Of a stretch of 64,000 nucleotides of DNA, positions 38,233 through 48,462 are shown piece after piece. The notes below the pieces were generated by a model. That model ran no database searches, had not been told where the DNA came from, and was given only the letters and a program-made list of their open reading frames with translations. The stretch lies in contig JANXSD010000149.1 of assembly GCA_025352785.1 (NCBI GenBank), forward strand, positions 14,582-78,581. The letters run 5' to 3'. Positions within the stretch are counted from its first letter, which is position 1; each line of letters opens with the position of its first letter. Origin of the DNA: Bacteroidota bacterium. Lineage in GTDB: Bacteria; Bacteroidota; Bacteroidia; AKYH767-A; OLB10. The translations under genes were made by a program, and so were the position numbers.

Positions 38233-39909
38233 TTACTGTGCTATTTTAATGATTTTTCCACTTAGTAATTGTTGTGTTGATATCAATCGATATAAGTAGG
38301 TTCCACTTTTGAATTTCGCAATATCCAACTCCATATTTGTAGTTGTTATTTTTTGTTCTAAGAGGAGTTTCCCTTCCAACGAATACAATTGAAAGTCGAA
38401 TGTTTCGTAATTATTTTTTTTGATACTGATTTTATCATTTACCAAAGTTGAAATATTTATTGATGTATTATCAGATAAATTAGGCAATCCAGTTAAAACG
38501 CCTATCGTACCCGTTGCACTAATATTTTGAGCGTAAATTCCTCTGTCGTTTCTTTCATCTTCCCAAACACAAACAACTTGGCCATTCTTAAAATCACTGC
38601 ATGAAGCATTTGTTTTATTGCTAGCTGCCGATGAAATGGAAATGCCTGTCCAAATTAATGAGCCAGTATAATCCATCTTTAGACCACGCATCTGGTTATT
38701 TCCAAAAGTTCCTTGGGTATATAATGTGATAAAACCATTTCCTGCATCCGACCAATCATACGGCTCAGCATAAAGTGTACTTGATAGTGGAACAAGAAGC
38801 GCCCCATTTGTTGTAAGTTGTGCAACACCAGCGGTATCTAATGATTGCCCATAAACACCAGAAAGTGATTGGCCAGAATCCAATACTTTCAACAAAACAT
38901 AGATAAGATTGTCCGCACTTCTAAAAGTTAATTTTCTAATATTTTTATTGTTCGATGCTAAAGCAGAAACTTCTTTACCATTTGTAGTCCAAGCGAGTGA
39001 ACCATTAGCCCTGATATGTTGAACAAACACATCATTTTGAAATGGGTTACCAGGTGTGCCAGTATCAAATCCAACATAACAACCATCATTATTATCACTA
39101 ATTACTTTTGGTATTGCAGCAAAACCTGTAGTATATGTTGAGACAGTAATATTCGCAGGCCAAATGGGTACTCCATTCATGTCAAATTGTTGAGCCTTTA
39201 TCGTACTAACGCCCAATCCGCTTCCAGTTTCCATTATAAAAACAATAATAAATTGTTCATTTGAAATGCCAATAACTGTTGGTCGGCTATATTTTAGTGC
39301 TCCTGAAATAATTTTAGGTGTTGACCAAGTTAAAAGCCCAGCAGAACTAATCTTTTGGTAAGGAACAGCTTTCCAATTTCCTGATCCACCAGCATTCCAA
39401 GAGATTACTACATCATTATTAGATAGAATTCCAATTTTAGGAGCAAGTTCAGAAGTAGCCGTATCCACATGTAAGGTGATTCCATTTATTCCCCATAATT
39501 CATTTCCTGTCGTATCAATTTTGTAAGCATATATTCCAAGATTTCCACTTCGTTGATCTTGAAAAGCAAGTATGGCATTCCCTTGAAGGTCAATTTTCAA
39601 ATCATATTTGAACAATGCAGTATTTTGTGGATGATTACTTACTAATAAACCAGAATTGCCAAATAACTTATTCCCAAGACTGTCTAATAATTGCATTTTC
39701 ATTAAATAACCACTTGTAGAATTTTCAAAATAGGAGATGAAAGTTTTACCATCGATTGTATTTGCTTGAAGAGGGGTAGCTTCTTCATAAACTGGTATAT
39801 CACTAATCACAGTATTTAGTAAACTATTCGAAGTCCACTGTGCAACACAGTTGTTATTTAATATCGTAACAAAGAGTACGCATAAGATGAATACAATACT
39901 TTTTTTCAT
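38233..39909 (-). CDS. Secreted BNR-like repeat protein with a Type IX secretion C-terminal sorting domain
   Basis: Signal peptide, QWTSNSL-type repeats, and a C-terminal ~80 aa ending ...SGTYLYRLISTQQLLSGKIIKIAQ, typical of Por_Secre_tail. Confidence 0.65.
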   Translation of the reverse strand: MKKSIVFILCVLFVTILNNNCVAQWTSNSLLNTVISDIPVYEEATPLQANTIDGKTFISYFENSTSGYLMKMQLLDSLGNKLFGNSGLLVSNHPQNTALFKYDLKIDLQGNAILAFQDQRSGNLGIYAYKIDTTGNELWGINGITLHVDTATSELAPKIGILSNNDVVISWNAGGSGNWKAVPYQKISSAGLLTWSTPKIISGALKYSRPTVIGISNEQFIIVFIMETGSGLGVSTIKAQQFDMNGVPIWPANITVSTYTTGFAAIPKVISDNNDGCYVGFDTGTPGNPFQNDVFVQHIRANGSLAWTTNGKEVSALASNNKNIRKLTFRSADNLIYVLLKVLDSGQSLSGVYGQSLDTAGVAQLTTNGALLVPLSSTLYAEPYDWSDAGNGFITLYTQGTFGNNQMRGLKMDYTGSLIWTGISISSAASNKTNASCSDFKNGQVVCVWEDERNDRGIYAQNISATGTIGVLTGLPNLSDNTSINISTLVNDKISIKKNNYETFDFQLYSLEGKLLLEQKITTTNMELDIAKFKSGTYLYRLISTQQLLSGKIIKIAQ

Positions 39910-40084
39910 TGGAATTTTATTGGTTGTTAAATGTATTTATTAGCAATATAACAAGGAAGCTTAATTAGGTAAAGCTATGAAAAAAAATGACTTCAAGTAA
40001 TAAAATGTATTTTGTTCAATCGATGTTCTCCATTAAAATTAAGTATTTTTGTGATTCCAATTTAAAAATAAAACAATACTTATT

Positions 40085-40393
40085 ATGTTGAAAATTTATC
40101 TATCAGTATTTTGCTTAATTCTTTTAATTACTTTTTATAGTTGTAAACCTTCCATGTATACACCTACTGCTAGTTTGGTGAGTGCTTCCACTACACTCGA
40201 AACCTTGATTGAAGGAAGAAGTATTTACATGAACAAATGTGGTGAATGCCATCGTTTACATCGACCATCTCAATATTCATCTTCCGAGTGGAGGCATAGC
40301 GTTGATAAAATGCAAAAACGAGCTCATATTACTGATACAGAAAAAGAAATGGTTTATCAATATTTAATTGCCTATCCTAAAAAGAAATCATAA
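40085..40393 (+). CDS. Small lipoprotein with a single CxxCH haem-binding motif (putative cytochrome c family)
   Basis: Lipobox ITFYSC, and CGECH at residues ~52-56. Confidence 0.5.
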   Translation: MLKIYLSVFCLILLITFYSCKPSMYTPTASLVSASTTLETLIEGRSIYMNKCGECHRLHRPSQYSSSEWRHSVDKMQKRAHITDTEKEMVYQYLIAYPKKKS

Positions 40394-40415
40394 TAATTTC
40401 ATTTTTTTGGTTCGC

Positions 40416-40808
40416 TCACCAATCTCCCAAAAATTCATCTATATTACGTCTATCTTTCTTTGTTGGTCGCCCAGCACCACTTTTTATGTCCCAAGAAGCG
40501 AGTGCCGCTTGATATGATTTTAGCCGATCAAGTTCTTCCACAGGAGTAATGTCTTCGCAAAAATCTTTTACCATTGAAGCTCCTATTCTTTTTTCTTGAA
40601 GCTGAAGTACTTTTACTGATTGATGCCAGGGTCCTCTATGAATATGGATGATTTCTCCGGGCTTTATCAATCTGCTGGCTTTTACTTCAAGTATTCCAAT
40701 TTTTATTCTTCCTTTTTCACACGCTTCTGCAGCTAAACTTCTGGTTTTATAGAGACGAACTGCCCACATCCATTTGTCAATTCTAATTTTTTCAGTAAGA
40801 TTTGTCAT
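40416..40808 (-). CDS. hslR: Ribosome-associated heat-shock protein Hsp15-like S4 RNA-binding protein
   Basis: IRIDKWMWAVRLYKTRSLAAEACEKGRIKIG is the S4-domain signature; 130 aa. Confidence 0.8.
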   Translation of the reverse strand: MTNLTEKIRIDKWMWAVRLYKTRSLAAEACEKGRIKIGILEVKASRLIKPGEIIHIHRGPWHQSVKVLQLQEKRIGASMVKDFCEDITPVEELDRLKSYQAALASWDIKSGAGRPTKKDRRNIDEFLGDW

Positions 40809-41059
40809 TTCTTAAAAATAATGAAGTGTAATGCAAGAGTATAGTACATTTTATTGCTATTTTCAGGTTGCAATTTCGTAATATTTTTCTAATAATCATG
40901 CTTGCCATATTCATTATTGAATTTTTCATTTTGAAGGTAGTAATTCTCCATCTTTTAAACTTAATAAAAATAAGCTATTATATGATTTCCAATTTAAATC
41001 CGTTTTTTTAATGATCGATCCAATTCCTTTTGTAGTTTCGTGGTAACACTAACAAGCAG

Positions 41060-42904
41060 ATGAAATTTCCATCCATAAAAATCTTAGAACAAGAATTTAT
41101 TCGCACTTTCAAGCGATTTCCATTAGCATTGCTATGTTCGATATTAGCAACGTATGTTTGTTGTTCATTTATTAGTAATAATAAATTCGCTACAGAGAAT
41201 GTAATGATTCATCTATTAATGACTTTCTATTTAGGGATGATAAGTTTCGTAAGTATTACTTTGTTTTTTAACAGATATACAATTCGTGAAACAACTCAAT
41301 GGATAATTAATCTCCTTATTGTTGGATTGATGATAGTTTATTTTAAAATGTTGCCTGATGAAGAAATATCGTTGCAAGTAACAGCGCAGTTTTTTATTTT
41401 GACGTTGGCCGCTCATCTTTCAGTTGCTTTCTCACCTTATTTGGTAACTTTAGAAATCAATGGATTTTGGCAATACAATAAAACACTATTTCTTCGGTTC
41501 ATTACGTCGTCGTTATATTCTATAGTTTTATATGTTGGTTTAGCACTCGCCTTTCTAGCAATTGATAATTTATTTGATGTAAATATTCCTGATAAAACAT
41601 ATGGATACTTAGCTTGCCTAATTGGAGTCGTTTTTAATACGTGGTTCTTTTTAGCGGGCATCCCAGTCAATATTCAACAACTCCAAATTAATCAAGATTA
41701 CCCTAAAGGTTTACGTGTTTTTACACAGTTTGTACTATTACCTTTAGTAACGATTTACCTGGTGATTTTATATACATACACTGCAAAAATTTTACTTACA
41801 ATGCACTGGCCACATGGCTGGGTTTCTTATTTGGTAATTGGATTTTCTACTGCTGGAATTTTAGCTTTGTTATTAGTTTGGCCTTTGCGTGAAGATGAAA
41901 ATCATAAATGGATTAGCAATTATACGAAGGGATTTTTCATGGCTCTATTTCCTCTAATTGTACTGTTATGTTTTGCGATTGGCCGCCGTGTTGTTGAATA
42001 CGGAATTACAGAAAACAGATATTTTATTATTGCCTTAGCGATTTGGTTATTTGCCAATGCAATTTATTTCTTGGTGAGTAAACGTAAAAATATTAAGGTA
42101 ATTCCGATGAGTCTTTTTGTGGTTGCACTTCTTTCTGGATTTGGTCCAATAAATGGCTTTTCTATAAGTAAACGAAGTCAATTAAATCGATTAGAAAAAA
42201 TTCTCGTTAAAAATAATATCCTAGAAAATGGAAAGGTAAAGCGTTCTAAAAATAAAACATTCATTGACGATCAAATAGCAATTAGTTCCATTATTTACTA
42301 TATGACAATAGCACATTCTTACAAAGATTTACAACCATATTTTTACCAAAATTTAGATTCCTTAATTCATCCAGAAAAAGGTAAATATGTTTTCAAACCT
42401 GCTGCCCTTATGGATTTAATGGGTTTAGAATACAATCTTTCTAAAACTGATTACGCTGAAAATCCTCATGGATATCCAAATTATCATTATAGTTCAAAGC
42501 GTCAAAATTATTTAAAGGTTACTGGTTATGATTTTGAATTTCCAATAAAAATTTACTGTTACAATGAGTCTGGTGATCATAAATTTTCGAACAAGGTTCT
42601 TTTAGACAGTATCCCTTTTGACTGGAATTACAAAAAGGGAGATTGGTTTGTTAATTTGAAATATGACTCGGATTCTACATTGAACATTGATCTAAAACCA
42701 TTGCTTTTCCAGTTAAAAAAGATGTATGGGACGGAAAGTTATGAGGTAAGTCCCAATTTTATGACCATCGAATTTGCTAATGAAACAATGTCAGGACTGA
42801 TTAAAATTGAGGATATTAATACCGACATTAGTCATGATTCCACTCGTTTAGAATTGAACTCACTAGAGGCAGAAATTCTTTTAAAGGTTGCGTTAAAAAA
42901 ATGA
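41060..42904 (+). CDS. Polytopic membrane protein (DUF4153-like) with a C-terminal soluble domain
   Basis: About 10 transmembrane helices in the first 330 aa, then a ~280-aa hydrophilic domain. Confidence 0.45.
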   Translation: MKFPSIKILEQEFIRTFKRFPLALLCSILATYVCCSFISNNKFATENVMIHLLMTFYLGMISFVSITLFFNRYTIRETTQWIINLLIVGLMIVYFKMLPDEEISLQVTAQFFILTLAAHLSVAFSPYLVTLEINGFWQYNKTLFLRFITSSLYSIVLYVGLALAFLAIDNLFDVNIPDKTYGYLACLIGVVFNTWFFLAGIPVNIQQLQINQDYPKGLRVFTQFVLLPLVTIYLVILYTYTAKILLTMHWPHGWVSYLVIGFSTAGILALLLVWPLREDENHKWISNYTKGFFMALFPLIVLLCFAIGRRVVEYGITENRYFIIALAIWLFANAIYFLVSKRKNIKVIPMSLFVVALLSGFGPINGFSISKRSQLNRLEKILVKNNILENGKVKRSKNKTFIDDQIAISSIIYYMTIAHSYKDLQPYFYQNLDSLIHPEKGKYVFKPAALMDLMGLEYNLSKTDYAENPHGYPNYHYSSKRQNYLKVTGYDFEFPIKIYCYNESGDHKFSNKVLLDSIPFDWNYKKGDWFVNLKYDSDSTLNIDLKPLLFQLKKMYGTESYEVSPNFMTIEFANETMSGLIKIEDINTDISHDSTRLELNSLEAEILLKVALKK

Positions 42905-42998
42905 CCTATTATTAAAATTGATTTGATTACCTTTATTCTACTATTACTCGATTATTTAGTCATTAATATACCATCAACAATTTAACCTTATCAACACT

Positions 42999-45245
42999 AT
43001 GAATAAAAGCTTTACAAATCTATTAAGCATTATATTAACAGTCATATTGATGCTCTCGATTAATAATAAATCGATTGCTGCAACGGGTGATACAACTGTT
43101 GTAACTGCTCAAAATGCAGTGCACATGGGTTCTCATGGAAATTATAATGCTTGGGCTCTATTTCCAGATTCTACAAAAAAGTATGGAAAAGTCATATTGA
43201 AATATCGAATAGGCTGCCCAAATCAGGCCTGTTCATCTTGGGATTATACTACACAACTTTTTGCTGAAGTTCATACAGGTGCATGGGATAGTACAGTAAC
43301 TCATTATCCGGATTTTCAAGTTAATGGTGTGGAGATTGATACTTTTAGATATAATACTTCTATTACCTATACTACTTACTATAATAGTACTTTAAATGCA
43401 ATGGATTCTTTTCCTGCAACCAAACAAACAATTCAGTATTATGCTGACCCGCAAAATCCAACAACAATAACTTCAACCAGCTTAGTTTATCCAGGAAATT
43501 ATTACAATTATATTTACAATAATATCGGGGTTATTATAGACTCTAATTTAGTTGGTTATAGCAATACATTGATCGTGAATTTTCATAATGTTTATACTCC
43601 TTTTAAAGTTATTGAACCTTTTGAACTAGCAAGAGTAATGACGCCCTATGGAAGTACGTATTCTTCTACTTGGGGTCGTGATTTCATTTATGATGTAACT
43701 GATTATGCTATCCTACTTCATGATAGTATCAATATGAGAATTTTTTATGATGGTTGGTCTGATGGATTTGCAGCATCTGTAACATTTTATTTTATCGAAG
43801 GTACTCCTCCTCGAAATGTGAAACGTGTTAGAAATATTTATCCGGATGCTTTTTATTCGATTGGAAATGCTTCCAATCCGGTAGAAAACCATTTAACTTT
43901 AAAATCATTTGATATCAATGCTAATGAACACATGGCGCTCATTAGAATTATTCCATCAGGACATGCTAATGGCACACAAAGTTGTGCTGAATTTTGTTCT
44001 AAAAGCTATAAACTATTAATTAATGGAACGCAACGTTTTACTCAAGCAATTTGGAGAAATGATTGTGGACTAAATCCGCTTCTTGCCCAAAATGGAACGT
44101 GGATTTATGATCGTGCTAACTGGTGCCCAGGTGAAAAGACATTACGTAAAGATCATGAGTTAACTCCTTATATAACTTCGGGAAGTCCAGTAACTATAGA
44201 TATGAATTTAGATCCATATTCAAATACAGATGCAACTCAAAATCCTGGATATTATATCGATTCACATTTGATAACGTATGATTCTATAAATTTCGTTTAC
44301 AATGCTGCAATAGAAGAAATCGTTGCACCAAATTCAGATCTTGATCATTCTCGTGTTAATCCAATCTGTAAAAATCCAATTGTTGTTATAAAAAATTATG
44401 GATCTCAAACTTTAACTTCTTGTACTATTATTTATGGAATTAAAGGGGGAACTTTACAATCTTATAACTGGACTGGCAGTCTTGCATTTAATCAAATTGC
44501 TACAGTTTCATTAGGTAGTTTAACATTTGGAAGTAGTACTGGTACACCTGATATTTTTCAAGCATGGACTACTAATCCAAATGGAAATGCAGATCAATAT
44601 GCATACAATGATACGTTATCATCTACGATTGCATTTACCTCTATGATTCCACCACAGTTTATCATTTATTGGAAAACCAATTTGGCATATACTCAAACTA
44701 CTTATCAATTAAAGGATGATGCAGGTAATGTGGTTTATTCCAACGGCACATTATCCTCACAACATATTTTTAGAGATACCATAAATCTAGCTTCAGGTTG
44801 TTATGAATTAAAATTTAATGATACGGGAAAGGATGGTTTAAATTTCCCATATAATACTTCTGGTGCTGGATTCATGCAACTTAGAAAATCTGATGGAACT
44901 TTTGCATTGCTAAAGATGTTCGAACCCAATTTCGGAACTTCACTAGTTTATAATTTTACTGTTGGTTATGTAACTGGCGTTGATGAAATTGTTAAAGATG
45001 CTATTTTCCAAATTGCACCAAATCCAACTCAAGGAAATTTTACTATCAATTTGATTCTTCCGAAAAGAGAAGATGTGCAAATACTAGTAGTAAATCAATT
45101 AGGACAAACAATTAGTTCTGTAAATAAGCCTGGATTTTATCAAGATTTTATTGAAATGAATCTTGAAGGTAAACCAGCAGGAATGTATTATGTGGTGGTT
45201 AAAACAAAATCAACTGTCATCACTAAAAAGTTGATTATACAATAA
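42999..45245 (+). CDS. Peptide-N-glycosidase F (PNGase F)-like protein with a Type IX secretion C-terminal sorting domain
   Basis: Signal peptide. GCPNQACSSWDYT and SCAEFCSKSY...NDCGLNPL...DRANWCPGEKT match the Cys-containing cores of Elizabethkingia PNGase F (ECPNKTCDEWDRY; GCAEWCFRTH...GCSANP...DRAGWCPGM), from memory. C-terminal Por tail ...YYVVVKTKSTVITKKLIIQ. Confidence 0.7.
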   Translation: MNKSFTNLLSIILTVILMLSINNKSIAATGDTTVVTAQNAVHMGSHGNYNAWALFPDSTKKYGKVILKYRIGCPNQACSSWDYTTQLFAEVHTGAWDSTVTHYPDFQVNGVEIDTFRYNTSITYTTYYNSTLNAMDSFPATKQTIQYYADPQNPTTITSTSLVYPGNYYNYIYNNIGVIIDSNLVGYSNTLIVNFHNVYTPFKVIEPFELARVMTPYGSTYSSTWGRDFIYDVTDYAILLHDSINMRIFYDGWSDGFAASVTFYFIEGTPPRNVKRVRNIYPDAFYSIGNASNPVENHLTLKSFDINANEHMALIRIIPSGHANGTQSCAEFCSKSYKLLINGTQRFTQAIWRNDCGLNPLLAQNGTWIYDRANWCPGEKTLRKDHELTPYITSGSPVTIDMNLDPYSNTDATQNPGYYIDSHLITYDSINFVYNAAIEEIVAPNSDLDHSRVNPICKNPIVVIKNYGSQTLTSCTIIYGIKGGTLQSYNWTGSLAFNQIATVSLGSLTFGSSTGTPDIFQAWTTNPNGNADQYAYNDTLSSTIAFTSMIPPQFIIYWKTNLAYTQTTYQLKDDAGNVVYSNGTLSSQHIFRDTINLASGCYELKFNDTGKDGLNFPYNTSGAGFMQLRKSDGTFALLKMFEPNFGTSLVYNFTVGYVTGVDEIVKDAIFQIAPNPTQGNFTINLILPKREDVQILVVNQLGQTISSVNKPGFYQDFIEMNLEGKPAGMYYVVVKTKSTVITKKLIIQ

Positions 45246-45261
45246 ATTTAATTAGTAAAAA

Positions 45262-45296
45262 AAATGGGAAGCAGAAATGTTTCCCATTTTTTTTTT
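45262..45296. terminator. Bidirectional intrinsic terminator (aaatgggaa/ttcccattt stem; A-run on one side, T-run on the other)
   Basis: Read directly, between the convergent stops at 45245 and 45300. Confidence 0.7.
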
Positions 45297-45299
45297 AAT

Positions 45300-46019
45300 T
45301 TAACTCACGAATACCCCAATTAATCCTCCCGTAATTATCGCAACCATTTTGTATAAATTAAAACGATGATTACTACTTGATTCAAATAATATAGTGGTAC
45401 TAATATGTAAAAATATTCCTATCACAATGGCCATCATTTTATCAAACCATCCAGAATAATCAGCTAACAAATTTCCTCCAATAAAAATACTGGAGAAGGC
45501 TCCCAAAGGTGCCATGATTGCAAACAATGCTAAATAGGTTATAACTTTAGTTTTACTTATTCCAGAAGCAACTAGCATGCTCACGAGCGCAAATGCAACA
45601 GGTAAATGGTGAAGTATGATTCCAATTAAAAGTGATCGGTCATTGGATCCGTTTGATAATTTACCTGCGAGTGGCATACCTTCCAATAGACTGTGTAAAC
45701 ATAAACTCAACATCATTGTCGTAGGGAAAGCACCTTTGTGATCATGTTGAATATGCATGTGTCCATGTTCAATTCCTTCTGAGAAAAATTCCATAATAAT
45801 CTGAAGAAAAAATCCAATCATTATCCATACACCAATCGAGGCTGTGTTGTGTTGATATAATTCTGGCATCAAATGCAATACAGTAAGCGCAAAGAGAAAT
45901 GCGCCAGAAAAGGATAAAATTAATTTTAGAAAATTCGGACCAGGGTTTTTAATGATGAAATAACCTATTCCACTTATCATCACACTGCCAAATAATAAAA
46001 AATAATCAGTTAATTGCAT
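45300..46019 (-). CDS. ZIP-family divalent metal transporter
   Basis: 239 aa, about 8 transmembrane helices, His-rich loop (HGHMHIQHDHK), HHLPVAFAL motif. Confidence 0.6.
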   Translation of the reverse strand: MQLTDYFLLFGSVMISGIGYFIIKNPGPNFLKLILSFSGAFLFALTVLHLMPELYQHNTASIGVWIMIGFFLQIIMEFFSEGIEHGHMHIQHDHKGAFPTTMMLSLCLHSLLEGMPLAGKLSNGSNDRSLLIGIILHHLPVAFALVSMLVASGISKTKVITYLALFAIMAPLGAFSSIFIGGNLLADYSGWFDKMMAIVIGIFLHISTTILFESSSNHRFNLYKMVAIITGGLIGVFVS

Positions 46020-46020
46020 G

Positions 46021-46764
46021 TTATAATTTTCTTGCTACAATTATTAATCGTGTAGAATTTATATTGTCAAAAGGATGTAAATCATAATCACCATAATATT
46101 CAAGTAACGATAATCCCGATTTAATAAGAAACTGATGAATGTCTTCGAGGTGCAATGTTCTCACTTCTTCGTGAAAAACATGATGTTCTCCTTCCGCTTC
46201 AAAAATGATATCTTTAACTATAAATCCACGTTCAATTTTCTTTTGAATTTTAAATGTAATTCCATTTATTGTTTTAGTTTGCTCAGGTACTAATTCTTGT
46301 AACGCCTTGTGCGCATTAAAAAAATCTAATACAAAATATCCGCCTTTAACTAATCCCTTTGCGGAGGATCGTATTACTAATTCGTTTTCATAATCTTTTT
46401 CAAAATATCCAAAACTTGTAAATAAATTCATCACTGCATCAAAATAATTTACCCTTACAACTTGACGCATATCATGCTCATAAAACTCTAATGTATCACT
46501 TTCAAATTGCTTGCAATATTGAATATTGCTTTCCGATAAATCGACTCCAACTACGTTTAATCCTCTTTCATTTAAATAGCGAGAATGCCTTCCCTTCCCG
46601 CACGCCAAATCTAAAATCTTAGAACCTTTAGGAAGATGTAAGCGCTCTAATAAATGATGAATGAATAACTGCGCTTCATCATTATCACGATTACTATAAA
46701 GTATATGATAATAGGGAGAATCAAACCATGACTCAAACCAATTCGGTTTCATTTCAGAATTCAT
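46021..46764 (-). CDS. Class I SAM-dependent methyltransferase
   Basis: Motif I ILDLACGKGRHSRYL; 247 aa. Confidence 0.8.
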   Translation of the reverse strand: MNSEMKPNWFESWFDSPYYHILYSNRDNDEAQLFIHHLLERLHLPKGSKILDLACGKGRHSRYLNERGLNVVGVDLSESNIQYCKQFESDTLEFYEHDMRQVVRVNYFDAVMNLFTSFGYFEKDYENELVIRSSAKGLVKGGYFVLDFFNAHKALQELVPEQTKTINGITFKIQKKIERGFIVKDIIFEAEGEHHVFHEEVRTLHLEDIHQFLIKSGLSLLEYYGDYDLHPFDNINSTRLIIVARKL

Positions 46765-47307
46765 TATGTAAGAATCATTGTTTGTGATATTTTATTATGC
46801 GAGATAGGTAAACTATTCTCCCAAATGCTCATTTATTAAAACTGTTTGCTCTTTAACAATTCCAATTATTAGGTGAAGATAATTCGTTAATTTCATCTCA
46901 CTTTCTAATATTTAGCGAAGATATTCTTTAATGAAATTACAAACTCGTGTATTTTCAATTAAGTAGCTTTTCTAATGTTGAGCCAAATAACTTGTGTTGT
47001 TCAACTACTTCAAAATTAGCTAAATAGGAGATGGTTTAGTTGAATTACTTTTTTATATTAATTGATGAAATGAATTCGCGACAACTAAAGCTCATCGTAG
47101 CAATCATTCCCTATTAACTGCTTTAGCAATAATACTCTTAAATAAAATTAAATGATTTCTCGAGTAAGTTTAACAGTTTCATACTACAGCTACTTTAAAA
47201 TGATAAATGGAAATTTATTATTGATTCAAAATCACTCCTCTAATAAATTTTCTTTTTTTCATTTTATCTCTTAATATCTTGAACATTTCAACGAATAATC
47301 TTTAATT

Positions 47308-48462
47308 TTGACAATACTTTTTAGTAAAACTATGGGCAAGGGTAGAAATCCACTTCATATTCGAAATCGTAAAAACCGACGTACTCCTCCCGGGGCAGCT
47401 CCTGGTTCCATAAACCTCGCCGATGATGCTAATAAACCTCGTCTTTCGATTACTTCCTTTGGTCCTGATGATTTATTTGAATTGCCTGTACAGTCCTTAG
47501 TTGACATTAATCATCGGATTAAGCAATATCCATCGTTAGTACATTGGATAGAAATTAGAGGATTTGGAGATAAGAAACTCTTAGAAGAAATCTGCACTGA
47601 GTTCGACATTCATCGTTTAGAAATGGAGGATGTGATTAATACTTACCAACGGCCAAAATTGGAAGAACATTTCGGACACTTATTTTTAATTACACGTATG
47701 CTTTGCCATCTCAAAGACGGTGGCATGCGAAATGACCAATTGTCATTGTTTCTTTCTAGCAAAGTGGTGGTAACCATGCAAGAACAGTATGACGATTTTT
47801 TCGAACCTGTTCGTTCACGAATAAGAGCTGGAAAAGGAAGTTTAAGAAATAGTGGAGCGGATTATTTAACCTATACTTTACTAGATTCAATTGTTGATAT
47901 TTATTTTCCTATTCTTGAAGCTATAGGTGATGAGCTCGACTTGTTAGAAGATGAATTGTTTGATAAACCTACTCGAGCTTCTCTTCAAAAAATTCAAATT
48001 ATTAAACGCGAACTCATTGTTTTTAGAAGAACAATATTTGCAGAACGTGATAAAATAAACGATTTACTTCGAACACATACTGTTTATATCAGCGATCAAA
48101 CAAAATTATATTTAAGAGATACGTATGATCATATTATTCAAGTAATGGATCTTGTTGAAAGTTACAAAGAAATTACCGCTTCATTAATGGATATTTATCT
48201 CTCTAGCGTAAGTAATCGGATGAATCAAATTATGAAAGTGCTTGCAGTGATTTCTACCATCTTTATTCCTTTAACCTTTATTGTTGGTGTTTACGGAATG
48301 AACTTTTCAACTGTTGATCCTATTACGGGTAAAATTTTACCACTCAACATGCCTGAATTGTATTCACCTTATGGATATACTTTTGTGTGGATTTTTATGT
48401 TGGTACTTGTTGCGATTCAATTGATAATTTTTTGGCGTAAAGGTTGGCTCGAAAAAACATGA
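47308..48462 (+). CDS. corA: Magnesium/cobalt transporter CorA
   Basis: C-terminal two transmembrane helices with YGMNF; 384 aa. The N-terminus is unusually Pro/Arg-rich. Confidence 0.9.
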   Translation: MTILFSKTMGKGRNPLHIRNRKNRRTPPGAAPGSINLADDANKPRLSITSFGPDDLFELPVQSLVDINHRIKQYPSLVHWIEIRGFGDKKLLEEICTEFDIHRLEMEDVINTYQRPKLEEHFGHLFLITRMLCHLKDGGMRNDQLSLFLSSKVVVTMQEQYDDFFEPVRSRIRAGKGSLRNSGADYLTYTLLDSIVDIYFPILEAIGDELDLLEDELFDKPTRASLQKIQIIKRELIVFRRTIFAERDKINDLLRTHTVYISDQTKLYLRDTYDHIIQVMDLVESYKEITASLMDIYLSSVSNRMNQIMKVLAVISTIFIPLTFIVGVYGMNFSTVDPITGKILPLNMPELYSPYGYTFVWIFMLVLVAIQLIIFWRKGWLEKT

